A DNA stretch of 63,989 nt, the filler included, from Archaeoglobus sp. JdFR-37 (GTDB taxonomy: Archaea > Halobacteriota > Archaeoglobi > Archaeoglobales > Archaeoglobaceae): the NCBI GenBank assembly GCA_002010215.1. It is 5 parts of 4 records of this genome, joined end to end, with 100 filler letters (N's around TTAATTAATTAA, not from the genome) between each part and the next. Parts side by side here need not be neighbours in the genome. Positions count along the whole stretch, not along the records: positions 1 to 9,727 come from MTMY01000002.1; positions 9,828 to 15,095 come from MTMY01000002.1; 3 more parts are not named here. One strand, given 5' to 3'. Positions within the stretch are counted from its first letter, which is position 1. Every line of letters starts with the position of its first letter. This document shows positions 1 through 10,565 of this stretch, in pieces. Made by a program: the position numbers and the translations under genes. Under the pieces are notes generated by a model. The model had not been told where the DNA came from. It searched no databases and worked only from the letters and a program-made list of their open reading frames with translations.

Positions 1-93
1 TACCACGTTAAATCCGTATTTAGCCAGTTTATAGGCTGCTCCAAGCCCGCTGGCTCCGGCGCCAACAACTATGGCATCGAACTTCTCTTCCAT
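1..93 (-). CDS. FAD-dependent oxidoreductase, N-terminus only (FixC/geranylgeranyl reductase-like), runs off the window
   Basis: Hand translation MEEKFDAIVVGAGASGLGAAYKLAKYGFNVV is a GxGxxG Rossmann start; not in the ORF track. Confidence 0.8.
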   Translation of the reverse strand, partial: MEEKFDAIVVGAGASGLGAAYKLAKYGFNVV

Positions 94-501
94 CGAAGAC
101 CACTTTTATTCCCTTTTCATGGTTTCTGTATGGGTTCCGATTTATCATTTTAATTGGAGATACATATACCTTTCGGTTTCTTCTTTCCATTGTAAACATT
201 TGTTCAATATAATTTCTTACAGACACAAATCTGAAAACATGGAAAGTTTCCAGATATTGGAATTGTGGATGTAAATTTTTACACAATGCTCAGTGGTGTA
301 CTCAGTTTCTTGGTACTCCCCATGAACGATCTCTGAAAGTCTGAAATGTGCAGCTGTTGAAAACACTTTTTTCTTGGTGGCCTTAAACCTAGCTTCAAAA
401 AGATGTCCAACGAATAACTTTTAAACATTTACTGTATATCTGGATAGAGATTACCGAAAAAATTATAATGTTAAACAATGTTGATTAGGAGAAGCGATAC
501 T

Positions 502-1473
502 ATGAGGGTTCAGAGAGAGATCCTTAGGGTGCTTGCAGATGCTGACAGGCCCCTAAGCTCAAGAGAAATTGCAGAAGAACTCAGGAAAATAGGCATATAT
601 CTGGATGCAAGGACCGTGAGGTATCATTTACAGAAGCTGGATGAGAAGGGTCTCACAGTCAAGCCGAAAAAGTACAAGAGGGTGATTACCGAAAAGGGAA
701 GGGAGAAGCTGAGAAGGAGCCTAGTGTACGAAAGGCTTGAGGAGTTCTCTGAAAGGGTGGAATACAACATACACACCTCTACATTTTCTCTAGATACGCT
801 GAAGGGCACTATTCCCACCAACGTGGCCATAATTGATAAGGACAGGAGCGGGGAGGCGTTAAGAATACTCTCAGAAGTAAGTCATGTGGGCGTCTCCACA
901 TCAAATCTCGTGGCGGTGTATGACGAAGGGGAACATTGCGGGGAGCTCTTGGTTCCTGAAGGAAAGTTTGCAATAGCCGTTGTCTCTAACACCCTGATAG
1001 ATGCGATACTCAGGAAGGCTGGGGTTACAACAAAGCCAGAGATTGCATCTTTGCTCCATATCTGTGATGGGGAGGCTGAAGGCTTCAGTGAGATGATAAG
1101 CTACAAAGGTATTACACTGAGTCCGGGCTGGCTGATAATCAAAGCAGGGCTGACGTCCGTATATAAGCTGGCCACAGAAGGGAGCGGAGACGTTATTGCA
1201 GCCGTGAGGTCATTCAGCGTTTATGCCATGGACACAGTGAAAAAAGAGCTTAGAAGGGCTGAAAAGGCAGGAATAGGAGGTATACTGAGCATATCACCCC
1301 CACCGAATCATCTAAGCCTCCCTTGGCTATCCACAAGGAGGGGGGAGATTCTGATTTTGGCGGGTGTCAACTACCTTGCTCCCTTGGAGGAGCTTGGACT
1401 GAAGCCGGACATCAGGATAAATGAGTACTTTATAGATTTTACCGAGTTTAAGAGTATAGATAGTGTTGGTTGA
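502..1473 (+). CDS. NrpR-like (DUF128) transcriptional regulator
   Basis: N-terminal wHTH (SSREIAEEL...RTVRYHL..LDEKG) plus NRD-like domain (GTIPTN, SNTLIDAIL, GITLSP, AGVNYLAP); ATG 502 follows a purine-rich RBS. Confidence 0.8.
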   Translation: MRVQREILRVLADADRPLSSREIAEELRKIGIYLDARTVRYHLQKLDEKGLTVKPKKYKRVITEKGREKLRRSLVYERLEEFSERVEYNIHTSTFSLDTLKGTIPTNVAIIDKDRSGEALRILSEVSHVGVSTSNLVAVYDEGEHCGELLVPEGKFAIAVVSNTLIDAILRKAGVTTKPEIASLLHICDGEAEGFSEMISYKGITLSPGWLIIKAGLTSVYKLATEGSGDVIAAVRSFSVYAMDTVKKELRRAEKAGIGGILSISPPPNHLSLPWLSTRRGEILILAGVNYLAPLEELGLKPDIRINEYFIDFTEFKSIDSVG

Positions 1474-1544
1474 TTTTTTGTGGTGTACATTCGTGGTGTG
1501 GATGCTTAGAATCTTAGGGCTAAGTTAGGTTTATATGTAGGTGT

Positions 1545-2057
1545 GTGTTATGTAAGATGGTGATACAAACAGAAATTACATTGGACAGAAAAGTTTTCGA
1601 AGCTCTCTCGTCTGGGACGAGAATAAAAATACTCAAACACATCAAGACTAGAGGCATGACCGTTACTGAACTATCTAAAATACTGGGTATTTCTAAATCC
1701 ACTGTTAGCCAGCATCTCGATAAGCTTGTGGAAGCAGGACTGGTTAAAAAGAGTGATGAGGGGAGAAAATGGGTGTATTATGAGCTTACTGAAAAAGGTA
1801 AGAAAATCCTGCAGGGCAGGCTTAGGGTGAGAATTCTTCTACACATTGGGTGGCTAACTCTGATTGGAGGCGTTGTTGAATTGTTGATGTTTATAAAATG
1901 GATGCTGAGCTTGCCATCTTTAAACTATCGCCCGATAAAGACACCTTATTTTCCAATAATAATTAATAATCCACAATTTTTAGTTGGTGTTGATTTGATT
2001 TTGATAGGTCTCGTTATAGTAATTTTCACTTATAGAAAATATAGGAATTTTCTTTAA
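1545..2057 (+). CDS. ArsR-family HTH regulator with two C-terminal TM helices
   Basis: FEALSSGTRIKIL..TVTELSKILGISKSTVSQHLDKL..GLV..KWVYYELT followed by two hydrophobic segments. Confidence 0.85.
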   Translation: MLCKMVIQTEITLDRKVFEALSSGTRIKILKHIKTRGMTVTELSKILGISKSTVSQHLDKLVEAGLVKKSDEGRKWVYYELTEKGKKILQGRLRVRILLHIGWLTLIGGVVELLMFIKWMLSLPSLNYRPIKTPYFPIIINNPQFLVGVDLILIGLVIVIFTYRKYRNFL

Positions 2058-2059
2058 TC

Positions 2060-2077
2060 GTTCGTAAAAAACCGAAC
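2060..2077. promoter_or_regulatory. Inverted repeat GTTCG-N8-CGAAC, candidate operator
   Basis: Perfect 5-bp inverted repeat just upstream of the TTTTATAA box preceding the ORF at 2131. Confidence 0.4.
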
Positions 2078-2130
2078 ATTTTTGAAAGTTTTATAATTTT
2101 ATTTTTGGGATTTAAGTATGAGGTGAGAGC

Positions 2131-3477
2131 GTGAAGTTGTATTTGCTGGGAGTCGGAAGCATAGGTGGTGTATGGGTTCTGCTTTTAGCACTCGCCTTCT
2201 GGAATCCAGGTGGAATTTTGAGCGATCCGGCGAAGCTGACCATAAACTGGACGGGGTACGAGGGACCAATAGAAGAGTACTACGTTTATGAAAGTGGAAA
2301 ATGGGTTAAAAAGGAGAAACCGGTCTTGTGGTGGAAGTATGCCGATCTGAGAAGCGTAAAAGTGCATTTTCCCAATTCAAAACCCGGTTATGATAGTGTG
2401 GTTGGAGTGGGTGTTGCCATAAGGAGCTCAGCAGATGTTCCTACTTACGGAGGCTCCTTCGTAGACCCTGACAGGGGAGTGGTCTTCGTCTATGTTGGGA
2501 ATGAGGAAGAGGGGAGAAAGGTGCTGGAAAAGGTAAATGGCAGTGCAAAGCTCGTTCTGCTTAAAGGAAAATACAGCTATTCGCAACTCAGAGACTGGGA
2601 GCGTGCTTTAACTGAAAAGGTCTCAAAAAGCGGGCTGCCATGGACGGGCACCGCTGTAGACGACACGATGAATAAAGTGTTCGTAGGTTTTGAAAAGATT
2701 GACGCTTCTTTGCTGAAAAAGCTCGAAAATATTCTCGAAGAGCTCGGAATACCGTTTGACGCCGTTGTGGTGCAGAAGCAGGGAAGGGTTGTTTTGAGCC
2801 TTCGAAGTGACTATATTCTCCCTAGTAGGGAGCATTCAAATTGAAAATCCTAATACGGGTCAATGTACTCTCGGCTTTATAGCAGAGAGGAGTGGGACTC
2901 AGGGATTTGTAACTGCTGGCCATTGCGGGGACGTTAATGATCCAATACGTTAATGATCCAATTTACCAGCCTGAATTCCTTGGTTCTGACCAATCCACGC
3001 TAATATTGCTGAGAGTGTGGAAGCAGACCCATCAGGTTCCAGATTTAGCGATTCTATGTGGGTCTTTTAGCAACTAATGCTGTATACAAAATCTACAACG
3101 AGTGGAATCCTTCGACTTCTTATGTCGTATTTAGTGAGATGCAATCTCAAACTCCTGGAATGTATGTATGCAAAGGTGGGATTACAACTGGTGAAACCTG
3201 TGGCCAGATAGCTTTAGTTGGAGAAACGGTCCCCCATCCTGAGTACAATACTCTTTATGACCAAGTTAAAGCCACATATAGTAGCGACGAGGGAGACAGT
3301 GGGGCTCCTGTTTACTATGATCCTCTTGATACATGGATCAGAAATTGGTGTCTTGAGACATACGGAGTGGCATGTAAGGATATCTACGGAGTACATTGGG
3401 GTTTGATAGACGGTTATTCAATTTACAGTCCGATAAGTGGTATTGAAAACGACCTTGGAGAATTGAGAACTAGTTAA
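2131..3477 (+). pseudogene. Secreted S1 (chymotrypsin/alpha-lytic-like) serine protease with pro-region, frameshifted
   Basis: Signal peptide and pro-domain in ORF 2131-2844; a second frame gives LVGSIQIENPNTGQCTLGF..GFVTAGHC; a later frame gives CKGGITTGETCG and GDSGAPV; several frameshifts, including a 16-bp duplication. Confidence 0.85.
2931..2962 (+). repeat. 16-bp tandem duplication ACGTTAATGATCCAAT x2
   Basis: Directly visible; creates a stop and frameshift just after the TAGHC motif. Confidence 0.95.
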
Positions 3478-3874
3478 TTTTTAAATATAAAATTCTAAAT
3501 TAAATTTTTTATCGTCTCAATCAGCAACTCGACAGCAAAATTTCGATCCTTGTTCTTATTCCTCAAGTAAATTTTCTCAAAACAAACTTAAAACTCAAAC
3601 CTCGATCACCTCCAGAAAATCAATTTTCTTGAAGTCTTCGTCAAAGGAGACTTTCTTTTTTATTCTGTGATGTCTGTACGTTGCGGATATAAGCCCCTCA
3701 TTGAGCAGTAGTTTTATTTTTTGATCTTGAACATCATTCTATAAAAAGAGGAAAGAAAGTAGATACTATTTCAACTGAAGCTTTGGGTCGGGTGGGCGGG
3801 CTAAATGAGTCGAGATATGGAAACATTATAATGAAACAATAATCCGCTAAACAAGCTGAAATAACTCTGAAAGA

Positions 3875-5020
3875 TCACTCCACAGCCCTCTCCAGCAGCT
3901 CAACCAGATCAAGCACCTTTACCCCAGCACTGGATTCTCTGGATGCCTGTGCCAGATGCAGCTTGCAGAACGGGCAGCACGAGATGAGGACGTCAGCCAT
4001 TCTTTGCGCCTCCTGGATTCTTGTTATGCCAATTTCCATTGCCAGCTCCTTAAACTGGGATTTTACGCCACCCCCAGCTCCGCAGCAGAAAGCATTCTCT
4101 CTACTCCTTTCCATCTCTACTAGCTCTACGCCAAGCCTTTTGATGAGTTCTCTGGGCTCATCGTAAACCCCCATGTGCCTGCCCAGATGACAGGGGTCGT
4201 GATAGGTCGCTTTCAGGTCGAGGGGCTTGAGGGACAGTTCGCCCTTTTCAATTAACTCGTTTACAAAATGAACCGTGTGGATGACCTCAAAGTTAAAGTT
4301 CAGCCCTTCTTCTGCGGCAAGTTTTGGATAGTCTCTTGCGATGGTTCTGTAACATCCGGCACATGTTGTGACAATCCTTTTAACACCTCTTCTCTCCCAC
4401 TCCTGATAATTTTTGAGGAACAACTTCCTCGCAATGTCTTTCTGTCCCGTTCTCAGGAAAGGTGAGCCGCAACAGACTTCGCTCTGACCAGCATACACGA
4501 ATTCGGTGGTTTTTGATAGCACATTCACCGTGGCAACAGCAAGCTCTTTCATTCTGTAGCTTGCTGTACAGCCTGCGAAGTAGAGTAGCTCTCCTTCTTC
4601 AGTGAACTCAATGCTCTCAGGCATCCACGAATCTCTCTCCTCAACTCTCTCGCCGTAGGGATTCCAGTACTTTTCCACAGCCTGCTTTAGCCTTTCATGA
4701 ACCGGAAGAGGTGCGAGCCTTGATCTCACAAGCTCAGCCCTGCTCTCCTCCCAGAGGTCGATGAGAGGTATGGATGTCTGGCAAACCACTTCACAAGCAC
4801 CACAGGTTGTACATTTGTAGAATTCCTCAACACCCCTCTCGTTGAACTGAAACTCCCCCAAAGCCTTACTTTTAAGCAGAAAGGTTCTTCCTCTAGGGGA
4901 GACACTTTCCCAACCCACAATGCTGTAAACAGGGCACACTCTGCAGTAATGGCATTGGGCACATATCAGAGCTTCTTGTTCCACTTTCACGTTACCCTTC
5001 ATGCTACCGCCACCATTCAC
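3875..5020 (-). CDS. Fe-S oxidoreductase (GlcF/HdrD-like, two CCG domains)
   Basis: CxxCxxCxxC and CTTCGACEVVC clusters; EVCCG, YHDPCHLGR, CCGAGGG, CPFC. Confidence 0.9.
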   Translation of the reverse strand: MNGGGSMKGNVKVEQEALICAQCHYCRVCPVYSIVGWESVSPRGRTFLLKSKALGEFQFNERGVEEFYKCTTCGACEVVCQTSIPLIDLWEESRAELVRSRLAPLPVHERLKQAVEKYWNPYGERVEERDSWMPESIEFTEEGELLYFAGCTASYRMKELAVATVNVLSKTTEFVYAGQSEVCCGSPFLRTGQKDIARKLFLKNYQEWERRGVKRIVTTCAGCYRTIARDYPKLAAEEGLNFNFEVIHTVHFVNELIEKGELSLKPLDLKATYHDPCHLGRHMGVYDEPRELIKRLGVELVEMERSRENAFCCGAGGGVKSQFKELAMEIGITRIQEAQRMADVLISCCPFCKLHLAQASRESSAGVKVLDLVELLERAVE

Positions 5021-6309
5021 CGCGCTGCCATAAGCTCGGCAAGGTTCATAAGCCTAGGAACAACTCCTTCGGGGAAAAACTTCCCCGGGTTCAGCAGGTT
5101 GTGGGGGTCAATTTCTCTTTTGTATTCGTATAGCTCTGGAAAATCTTCCCTGTACCTGCTTCTATGACTCAGCCACAAACCATAGCTGTATTCCTTCCCT
5201 CCGAGCTTTCTGGCAAGCCTCAGCAGTTTCAGCACCTTCAGCCAGTGGAGTGAATAGGCCATAGTGCGCTCATCGGATGGCATAAAAAGCAAAACAGAGG
5301 CCCAGTCCTTTGAGAACCAGATTTCAAATCCGTGCCTGCTACCTGCAATCTTCTTTGCCTCTCTGTAAAATCCCGGAACATTATCTAAGGGGATTAAAGC
5401 CTCGAAGGTTACCAAACTGGGTCCCAGCCTCTTTATTCTCATGGGGTAGAAGCGATCTTCCCAGAGCTCTTCTCCAAGGCTGTTGCTCTCTTTGCCATTA
5501 CAGAGAAGCAGTGTGTCCTTCTCCGGCAAATCAGTGCCCTTTACCTGATTTTTCATGGAGAGGAAGGAAGAGTTGATGAACAGCGCTGAATGTGCTGGGT
5601 GGTCGTCATCTTTTATTGACTTAATCGCCTTAACTGCATCCCCTATGCTCATATGCTCCGCATAAGGCTTATCTTCGCTGAAATCTCTGAGCTTTATCCT
5701 AGCATTGAGTATCAGACCTGTTGATCCGCACAGCCCCACGAATCTGTTCAAACCCTCATCTACCATCTTCACACCTAAGAAGTCGGCAATGGTCAGGGAA
5801 GCGACATTATCTGCTATCCCACCATACTTCAGGCTGCCAATTCCGTATCCGCCAGCAGCAATCCAGCCGCCTACCGTTGATGAAGGGGCACTTGTAGGAT
5901 AAACTCTGAGCGACAAACCCCTTTTCACCAGCTCCTTCTGAATGTCCCACCAAACTGCTCCTGCTTCAGCTTTCAGCAGTTTTGCATCTTCATCAACCTC
6001 AAACCTGTTCATTCTTGAGAAGTCAATAACTATGCCGGCTTTTAGAGGAATTGCTCCCCCATAAGCAGACGTTGCTGCCCCTCTTGGCGTGATGGGTATT
6101 CTATTCTGCTTCGCAACTTCCAGAATTTTTAAGACATCTTCAACACTTTCAGGCTGCACGACGATGTCAGGGATGTTCTTGATAAACTTCATTATGAATT
6201 TAGGAGGAGTAGAGAGGTCGTGTGAGTAAATGAACCTCTGCAACATGCTTGAATCGTTTCTGATGCCCTGAAGAAGTGATGAGAGGGCAGTCACGTGAGT
6301 TGAGTCCAT
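5017..6309 (-). CDS. FAD-binding oxidoreductase (GlcD/D-lactate dehydrogenase-like)
   Basis: PDIVVQP, PRGAATS..GG, STVGGWIA, C-terminal DPHNLLNPGK; overlaps the Fe-S partner gene. Confidence 0.9.
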   Translation of the reverse strand: MDSTHVTALSSLLQGIRNDSSMLQRFIYSHDLSTPPKFIMKFIKNIPDIVVQPESVEDVLKILEVAKQNRIPITPRGAATSAYGGAIPLKAGIVIDFSRMNRFEVDEDAKLLKAEAGAVWWDIQKELVKRGLSLRVYPTSAPSSTVGGWIAAGGYGIGSLKYGGIADNVASLTIADFLGVKMVDEGLNRFVGLCGSTGLILNARIKLRDFSEDKPYAEHMSIGDAVKAIKSIKDDDHPAHSALFINSSFLSMKNQVKGTDLPEKDTLLLCNGKESNSLGEELWEDRFYPMRIKRLGPSLVTFEALIPLDNVPGFYREAKKIAGSRHGFEIWFSKDWASVLLFMPSDERTMAYSLHWLKVLKLLRLARKLGGKEYSYGLWLSHRSRYREDFPELYEYKREIDPHNLLNPGKFFPEGVVPRLMNLAELMAAR

Positions 6310-6385
6310 GATTGATTTTGAGATGTAGGTATAAAAAACATTGAGGGGGATTTTATGGTTCTAGACAATTCCAAATTTGAGAAGA

Positions 6386-7183
6386 TTATGTCACCTTGCT
6401 TGCTAATTCTTTTACAAGCTTTTCCAAATCCTCCTTTGAGTCTGTATCAACCCTCTCAAATTCCTTCAGCGTCTCATTCTCCTCATCCGGACTCAGATAG
6501 GGATGCATTGCCGGAAACAGACCATCATCCTCCTTCACAATGTGGTCTCTCAGCATTGATGCATAGGCCAAAGCGTAATCCCTCACTCGCTCAACACTGG
6601 AAGCATTCTCTCTAATCTTCCTGACAAGCTCTCTGCCTCTAACGTGATCCTCTTCAAGAGTTCTCACGATTTCGAGAACGTGTTCCGGAGCCTTCTTTTT
6701 CAGCACCTCAAAAAGGATTTTCTCCTCCTTGCCGTGGTGGATCGCATCTGCATACTCAGAAAAGAACCTTGCAAGGTCTGAGTAGAGTTCTTCATCCTGA
6801 AAGCCGCTCTTCACAGCATTAACGAGAACTTCCAATGCCTTTTTTATCAACTCATGCTCCTCCACCAGCACCTTTGTAGCTGGATATTGATTTTCTCGGA
6901 TTCTTTCGATGCTGCTCTTAATACTCTCAATATCTTCTATCCAGTCCAGATCTTCTTTAAAATCATCTGTAGAATCATCCATAAAAAAGAGTTTGACAAT
7001 TACAATATCTCCCTTTTCCCTAACATCTAAGGTGTCAAAAGGCTCTATTCTCGGGCATGAGATATACTGATTAAATCTTTGGACCTGATTAGACAATTTC
7101 TGTAGGAGTAAAACATTATCAGGGGTGCTACATTTTACGGTTATTACTTCTCCAAATCTTAAAAAATTTAGTTCAAATTTCAT
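6386..7183 (-). CDS. Hemerythrin-domain protein with an uncharacterised N-terminal extension
   Basis: EEHELI, HHGKEE, EDHVRGR and DHIVKED metal-ligand motifs. Confidence 0.85.
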   Translation of the reverse strand: MKFELNFLRFGEVITVKCSTPDNVLLLQKLSNQVQRFNQYISCPRIEPFDTLDVREKGDIVIVKLFFMDDSTDDFKEDLDWIEDIESIKSSIERIRENQYPATKVLVEEHELIKKALEVLVNAVKSGFQDEELYSDLARFFSEYADAIHHGKEEKILFEVLKKKAPEHVLEIVRTLEEDHVRGRELVRKIRENASSVERVRDYALAYASMLRDHIVKEDDGLFPAMHPYLSPDEENETLKEFERVDTDSKEDLEKLVKELASKVT

Positions 7184-7287
7184 AAAATTTAATTTTAAAC
7201 AATTTTTAGTAAATAATCAATAACTAAACATTATTTTAAAAAATGAATATATTAAAATTTTTATACCATAAACGACTAAAGTAGTAT

Positions 7288-7995
7288 ATGGTTGAATACC
7301 TATCAGTTATTAGTTTAACTTTGTCATCCCTATCAACAATCCTTTCCATTGTAGCAATTCTTATTGTAACTTCCAACCATGCTGTTATTCAGCATTTGAT
7401 TTACTCCAAGAAGGTTTTCTACGGAATAACTTTCTTTGCAATTGTAATGGTAATCTGGACGCTATCGGAACTACTACATGAAACTCATTTTTACCTTTGG
7501 CTCAGACTTCTGGACACAATATTAATTACAATTCTGACAATTTACGGATTGTTATGGATCTGGAGGATGGTAGACCGCCCTATACTCAAATTAAACCGTG
7601 ATTTCCGAGAAATTATCCTATCACTGACGGTCTTCTGGATGTTCTGGGAAGAGGCCAAAAATTACGTCAGCACGAAAGTGATAGAAACCCTGACAGTAAT
7701 TCTTGATCTATCAGCAATACCACTGAGCATATTTTTACTGATTTTTGCATCCATCTACCTCAATGAGTTGCTCAAAGGAAATATAGCCGTGCCTATGGAT
7801 ACAGTTCCTTTCTTTCTTGGTTCTCTGATTTCATTTGTATTGCTCAATTTTTCTTTTATAAATTATATTGTAAAAAATCATTTTGAACACTACGTATTTG
7901 ATTTTGGAGCTATTACAATTTTTTTATACTATGAGATCAGATACATCTTTCATCTTTACACATTTTCAGCATCTGGTGGAATTTCTGAAAATTAG
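7288..7995 (+). CDS. Multi-pass membrane protein of unknown function
   Basis: About 7 hydrophobic segments; AT-rich. Confidence 0.65.
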   Translation: MVEYLSVISLTLSSLSTILSIVAILIVTSNHAVIQHLIYSKKVFYGITFFAIVMVIWTLSELLHETHFYLWLRLLDTILITILTIYGLLWIWRMVDRPILKLNRDFREIILSLTVFWMFWEEAKNYVSTKVIETLTVILDLSAIPLSIFLLIFASIYLNELLKGNIAVPMDTVPFFLGSLISFVLLNFSFINYIVKNHFEHYVFDFGAITIFLYYEIRYIFHLYTFSASGGISEN

Positions 7996-8055
7996 CCCAT
8001 TCGAAGTTTAAATAAAACAAAGGATGGGTTATTACTTAAATTCCAAAATCAACCA

Positions 8056-9333
8056 CTATTCTAGAGCTTCCTTTACAAGCCTTATGGCACAGAGGTCGCC
8101 ACACATGCTGCAGGCATCGCTGCTTGATTTGCGTCGCATCCACACCTTTCTCGCCTTCTCAGGATCGATGGAAAGCTGAAACTGCTTCTCCCAGTCCAGA
8201 TTTTTTCTGGCAACACTCATCTCGTAATCTCTTCTTCTAGCCCTCTCCTTCTGACCTTCTTTAATTAAATCAATGGCATGGGCTGCAATCTTTGCCGCTA
8301 TAACACCCTCTTTAACATCCTCAACATTCGGCAGAGCCAAATGCTCGGAAGGTGTTACGTAGCATATGAAGTCTGCTCCATACATCCCCGCTATCGCTGC
8401 ACCGATTGCTGCAGCAATATGGTCGTAGCCCGCTGCCACATCCGTAACTAGGGGACCGAGAAGATAAAGGGGTGCGTTTTTTGTTACGTACTTCATGGCC
8501 TTGACAGAAGTCTCAATCTCATCCAGCGGAACGTGGCCGGGTCCCTCAACCATTGCCTGCACCCCTGCCTCCCTGCATTTCTCAACGAGTTCTCCAAGCA
8601 CTATGAATTCGGTGAATTTTGCTCTATCGCTCGCATCAGCAATGCAGCCAGGTCTGAAAGCATCACCCAAGCTGATAGTGACGTCATACTCTTTAAGCAT
8701 CTCAAGGAGGTAGTCAAAGTTCTCGTAATACGGGTTCTCCCTTTCGTTGTGCATCATCCAGCCTATGGTAATTGCTCCTCCTCTGCTCACCACGCCAAGA
8801 AGCCTTTTGCTCCTCATCAGCCTCTCAACACTGACTTTATTCACGCCAGCATGAATGGTCATGAAATCTACGCCATCTTTAGCGTGTTTCTCCACCACGT
8901 TGAAGAAGTCATCCACATCCATGTCAACCACGTTTCTGCAATCTCTAGCAGCCTGGTAGATGGGGACGGTTCCGAAGGGAACATTGACAACATCCATTAT
9001 TCTCCGCCTTATCGCATCTATGTCTCCACCGCTGCTAAGGTCCATGATGGCATCAGCTCCGCATTTCTGGGCGATGATTGCCTTCTGCATCTCCTCTTCC
9101 ACGTTCACGTAGTCAGCAGATGTTCCGATGTTGGCGTTTATTTTGGTGGATGTCAGCTTGCCAATGGCTCTTGCACTGAACTCGTCATCCCGCAACAAGT
9201 TCCGGGGGATTACTACTTCCCCTTTAGCGATGAGCATGAGGAGTTTCGGTAACTCAATACCTTCGTATTCTGCAACTTCCTTCAACCAGTCCGGGGCAAC
9301 GCCCCTTCTAGCGTATTCCATGAGAGTTTCCAT
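8056..9333 (-). CDS. thiC: Phosphomethylpyrimidine synthase
   Basis: [45 protein letters not shown]. Confidence 0.95.
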   Translation of the reverse strand: METLMEYARRGVAPDWLKEVAEYEGIELPKLLMLIAKGEVVIPRNLLRDDEFSARAIGKLTSTKINANIGTSADYVNVEEEMQKAIIAQKCGADAIMDLSSGGDIDAIRRRIMDVVNVPFGTVPIYQAARDCRNVVDMDVDDFFNVVEKHAKDGVDFMTIHAGVNKVSVERLMRSKRLLGVVSRGGAITIGWMMHNERENPYYENFDYLLEMLKEYDVTISLGDAFRPGCIADASDRAKFTEFIVLGELVEKCREAGVQAMVEGPGHVPLDEIETSVKAMKYVTKNAPLYLLGPLVTDVAAGYDHIAAAIGAAIAGMYGADFICYVTPSEHLALPNVEDVKEGVIAAKIAAHAIDLIKEGQKERARRRDYEMSVARKNLDWEKQFQLSIDPEKARKVWMRRKSSSDACSMCGDLCAIRLVKEALE

Positions 9334-9492
9334 AGCTGAGAGTGAGAGGCGAGATTATAAAATGATTTTCCAGCATTGAATGTTTAGGCTCAACTGGATT
9401 AACTAGGCACTGATTGCACTATGCTGTGAAGTGGACAACATTTACCAAAACCATTAAATAAACGATAATAATTAATCGCAAAGAAAGGTGGG

Positions 9493-9727
9493 ATGGGCAT
9501 GAGATGGATTCTATTGCTTAGCATTTTGGTTGTAGCATTGTTTGCTGGGTGTGCCCAGCAGGCTGAGAAACCCAAAGCGACGCCAGCAGAAACTCCTGCT
9601 GAGACTCCAGCACAAACCCCTGCAGAGAAGCCGAAACCCGAGGTTGTTACAGTAGTTATAGGAGCGCCCCTCAGCCTCTCTGGCAAATACGCGAAAGAAG
9701 GACAAATGTCGTTATGGGGTGTGAAAG
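9493..9727 (+). CDS. Branched-chain amino acid ABC substrate-binding lipoprotein (partial, cut by gap)
   Basis: Lipobox FAGC, Pro/Thr linker (TPAE repeats), IGAPLSLSGKYAKEG. Confidence 0.8.
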
Positions 9728-9827
9728 NNNNNNNNNNNNNNNNNNNNNNNNNNNNNNNNNNNNNNNNNNNNTTAATTAATTAANNNNNNNNNNNNNNNNN
9801 NNNNNNNNNNNNNNNNNNNNNNNNNNN
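9728..9827. other. Artificial contig spacer
   Basis: N run with a central TTAATTAATTAA six-frame stop linker. Confidence 0.98.
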
Positions 9828-9993
9828 ACGAGCCAAACCCGTCGCAAATCTTTTCGTCTTTCAGATGGGCTTTCCCATCTACCAGCTCAAGAGCATTGGT
9901 AGGACAGGAGTTAACACACTTCCCACAGCCAATGCAACGCTCAGTATCAATTGCGATCATCATCCTCTTTATCTTGGTCTTTATCTTGGCCAT
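9828..9993 (-). CDS. 4Fe-4S binding protein (partial)
   Basis: CIGCGKCVNSCP..CDGFG. Confidence 0.85.
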
Positions 9994-10085
9994 TCCACAT
10001 CCCTCGATTTATATTCATTAGATTGGGCTGATATAATTATAGCTCGTGAGACGACTTAATCAACCTCACATAGCCTCACGTAGCA

Positions 10086-10517
10086 TCACATTCCCCTGTG
10101 AGCCTTCATTTCAGCTTCCATCATTTTTTCATCTACAACTCCCGAATAGGGCTCCACTTCTCCGCTAACTCTCACGATATATTTTTTGATTTCCATTCCC
10201 TCTTTTGCAGCCCTGTCCACCATCATGTGGATGGCGTGGCAGCAGGGAACCTCCATGGTGTAGACATCGATGCTCTTGGCTGAACCCTCTTCTAGGATCA
10301 TCTTCAGCTTCTCGAAAACTCTCTTCGGATCCTCAAGCATGGGGCAGCCGATAATTATTGGCTCCTTGCCAAATCTCTCTGCCAGCTCTTTGTTCACCAG
10401 TATTGCGCAATCTGCAGCAATCGTGAGCTTCTCATCCTGCATGAATGGCGCTTTCGGGTGTACCAGCAATATTTTCACAGGCCACTGATTCATAGTTGGA
10501 CATCTGCCTCCAAGCAC
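10086..10517 (-). CDS. Fe-S cluster-binding protein (stand-alone QWP/ADC/GCP/MEVPCC domain)
   Basis: QWPVKI, AADC, IGCP and MEVPCC motifs. Confidence 0.75.
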   Translation of the reverse strand: MLGGRCPTMNQWPVKILLVHPKAPFMQDEKLTIAADCAILVNKELAERFGKEPIIIGCPMLEDPKRVFEKLKMILEEGSAKSIDVYTMEVPCCHAIHMMVDRAAKEGMEIKKYIVRVSGEVEPYSGVVDEKMMEAEMKAHRGM

Positions 10518-10565
10518 TTTATATATTTCCCCTAAGATGTTCAGCTTAAGCCCCTGTTTAAGTCA

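Noticed and set aside
241..251. GGAAAGTTTCC palindrome near the NrpR-like gene
   Set aside because: Spacing does not fit the GGAA-N6-TTCC NrpR operator; single short instance
9575..9635. Short 12-bp-period repeats
   Set aside because: They encode the TPAE Pro/Thr linker of a lipoprotein; not a CRISPR or DNA-level repeat
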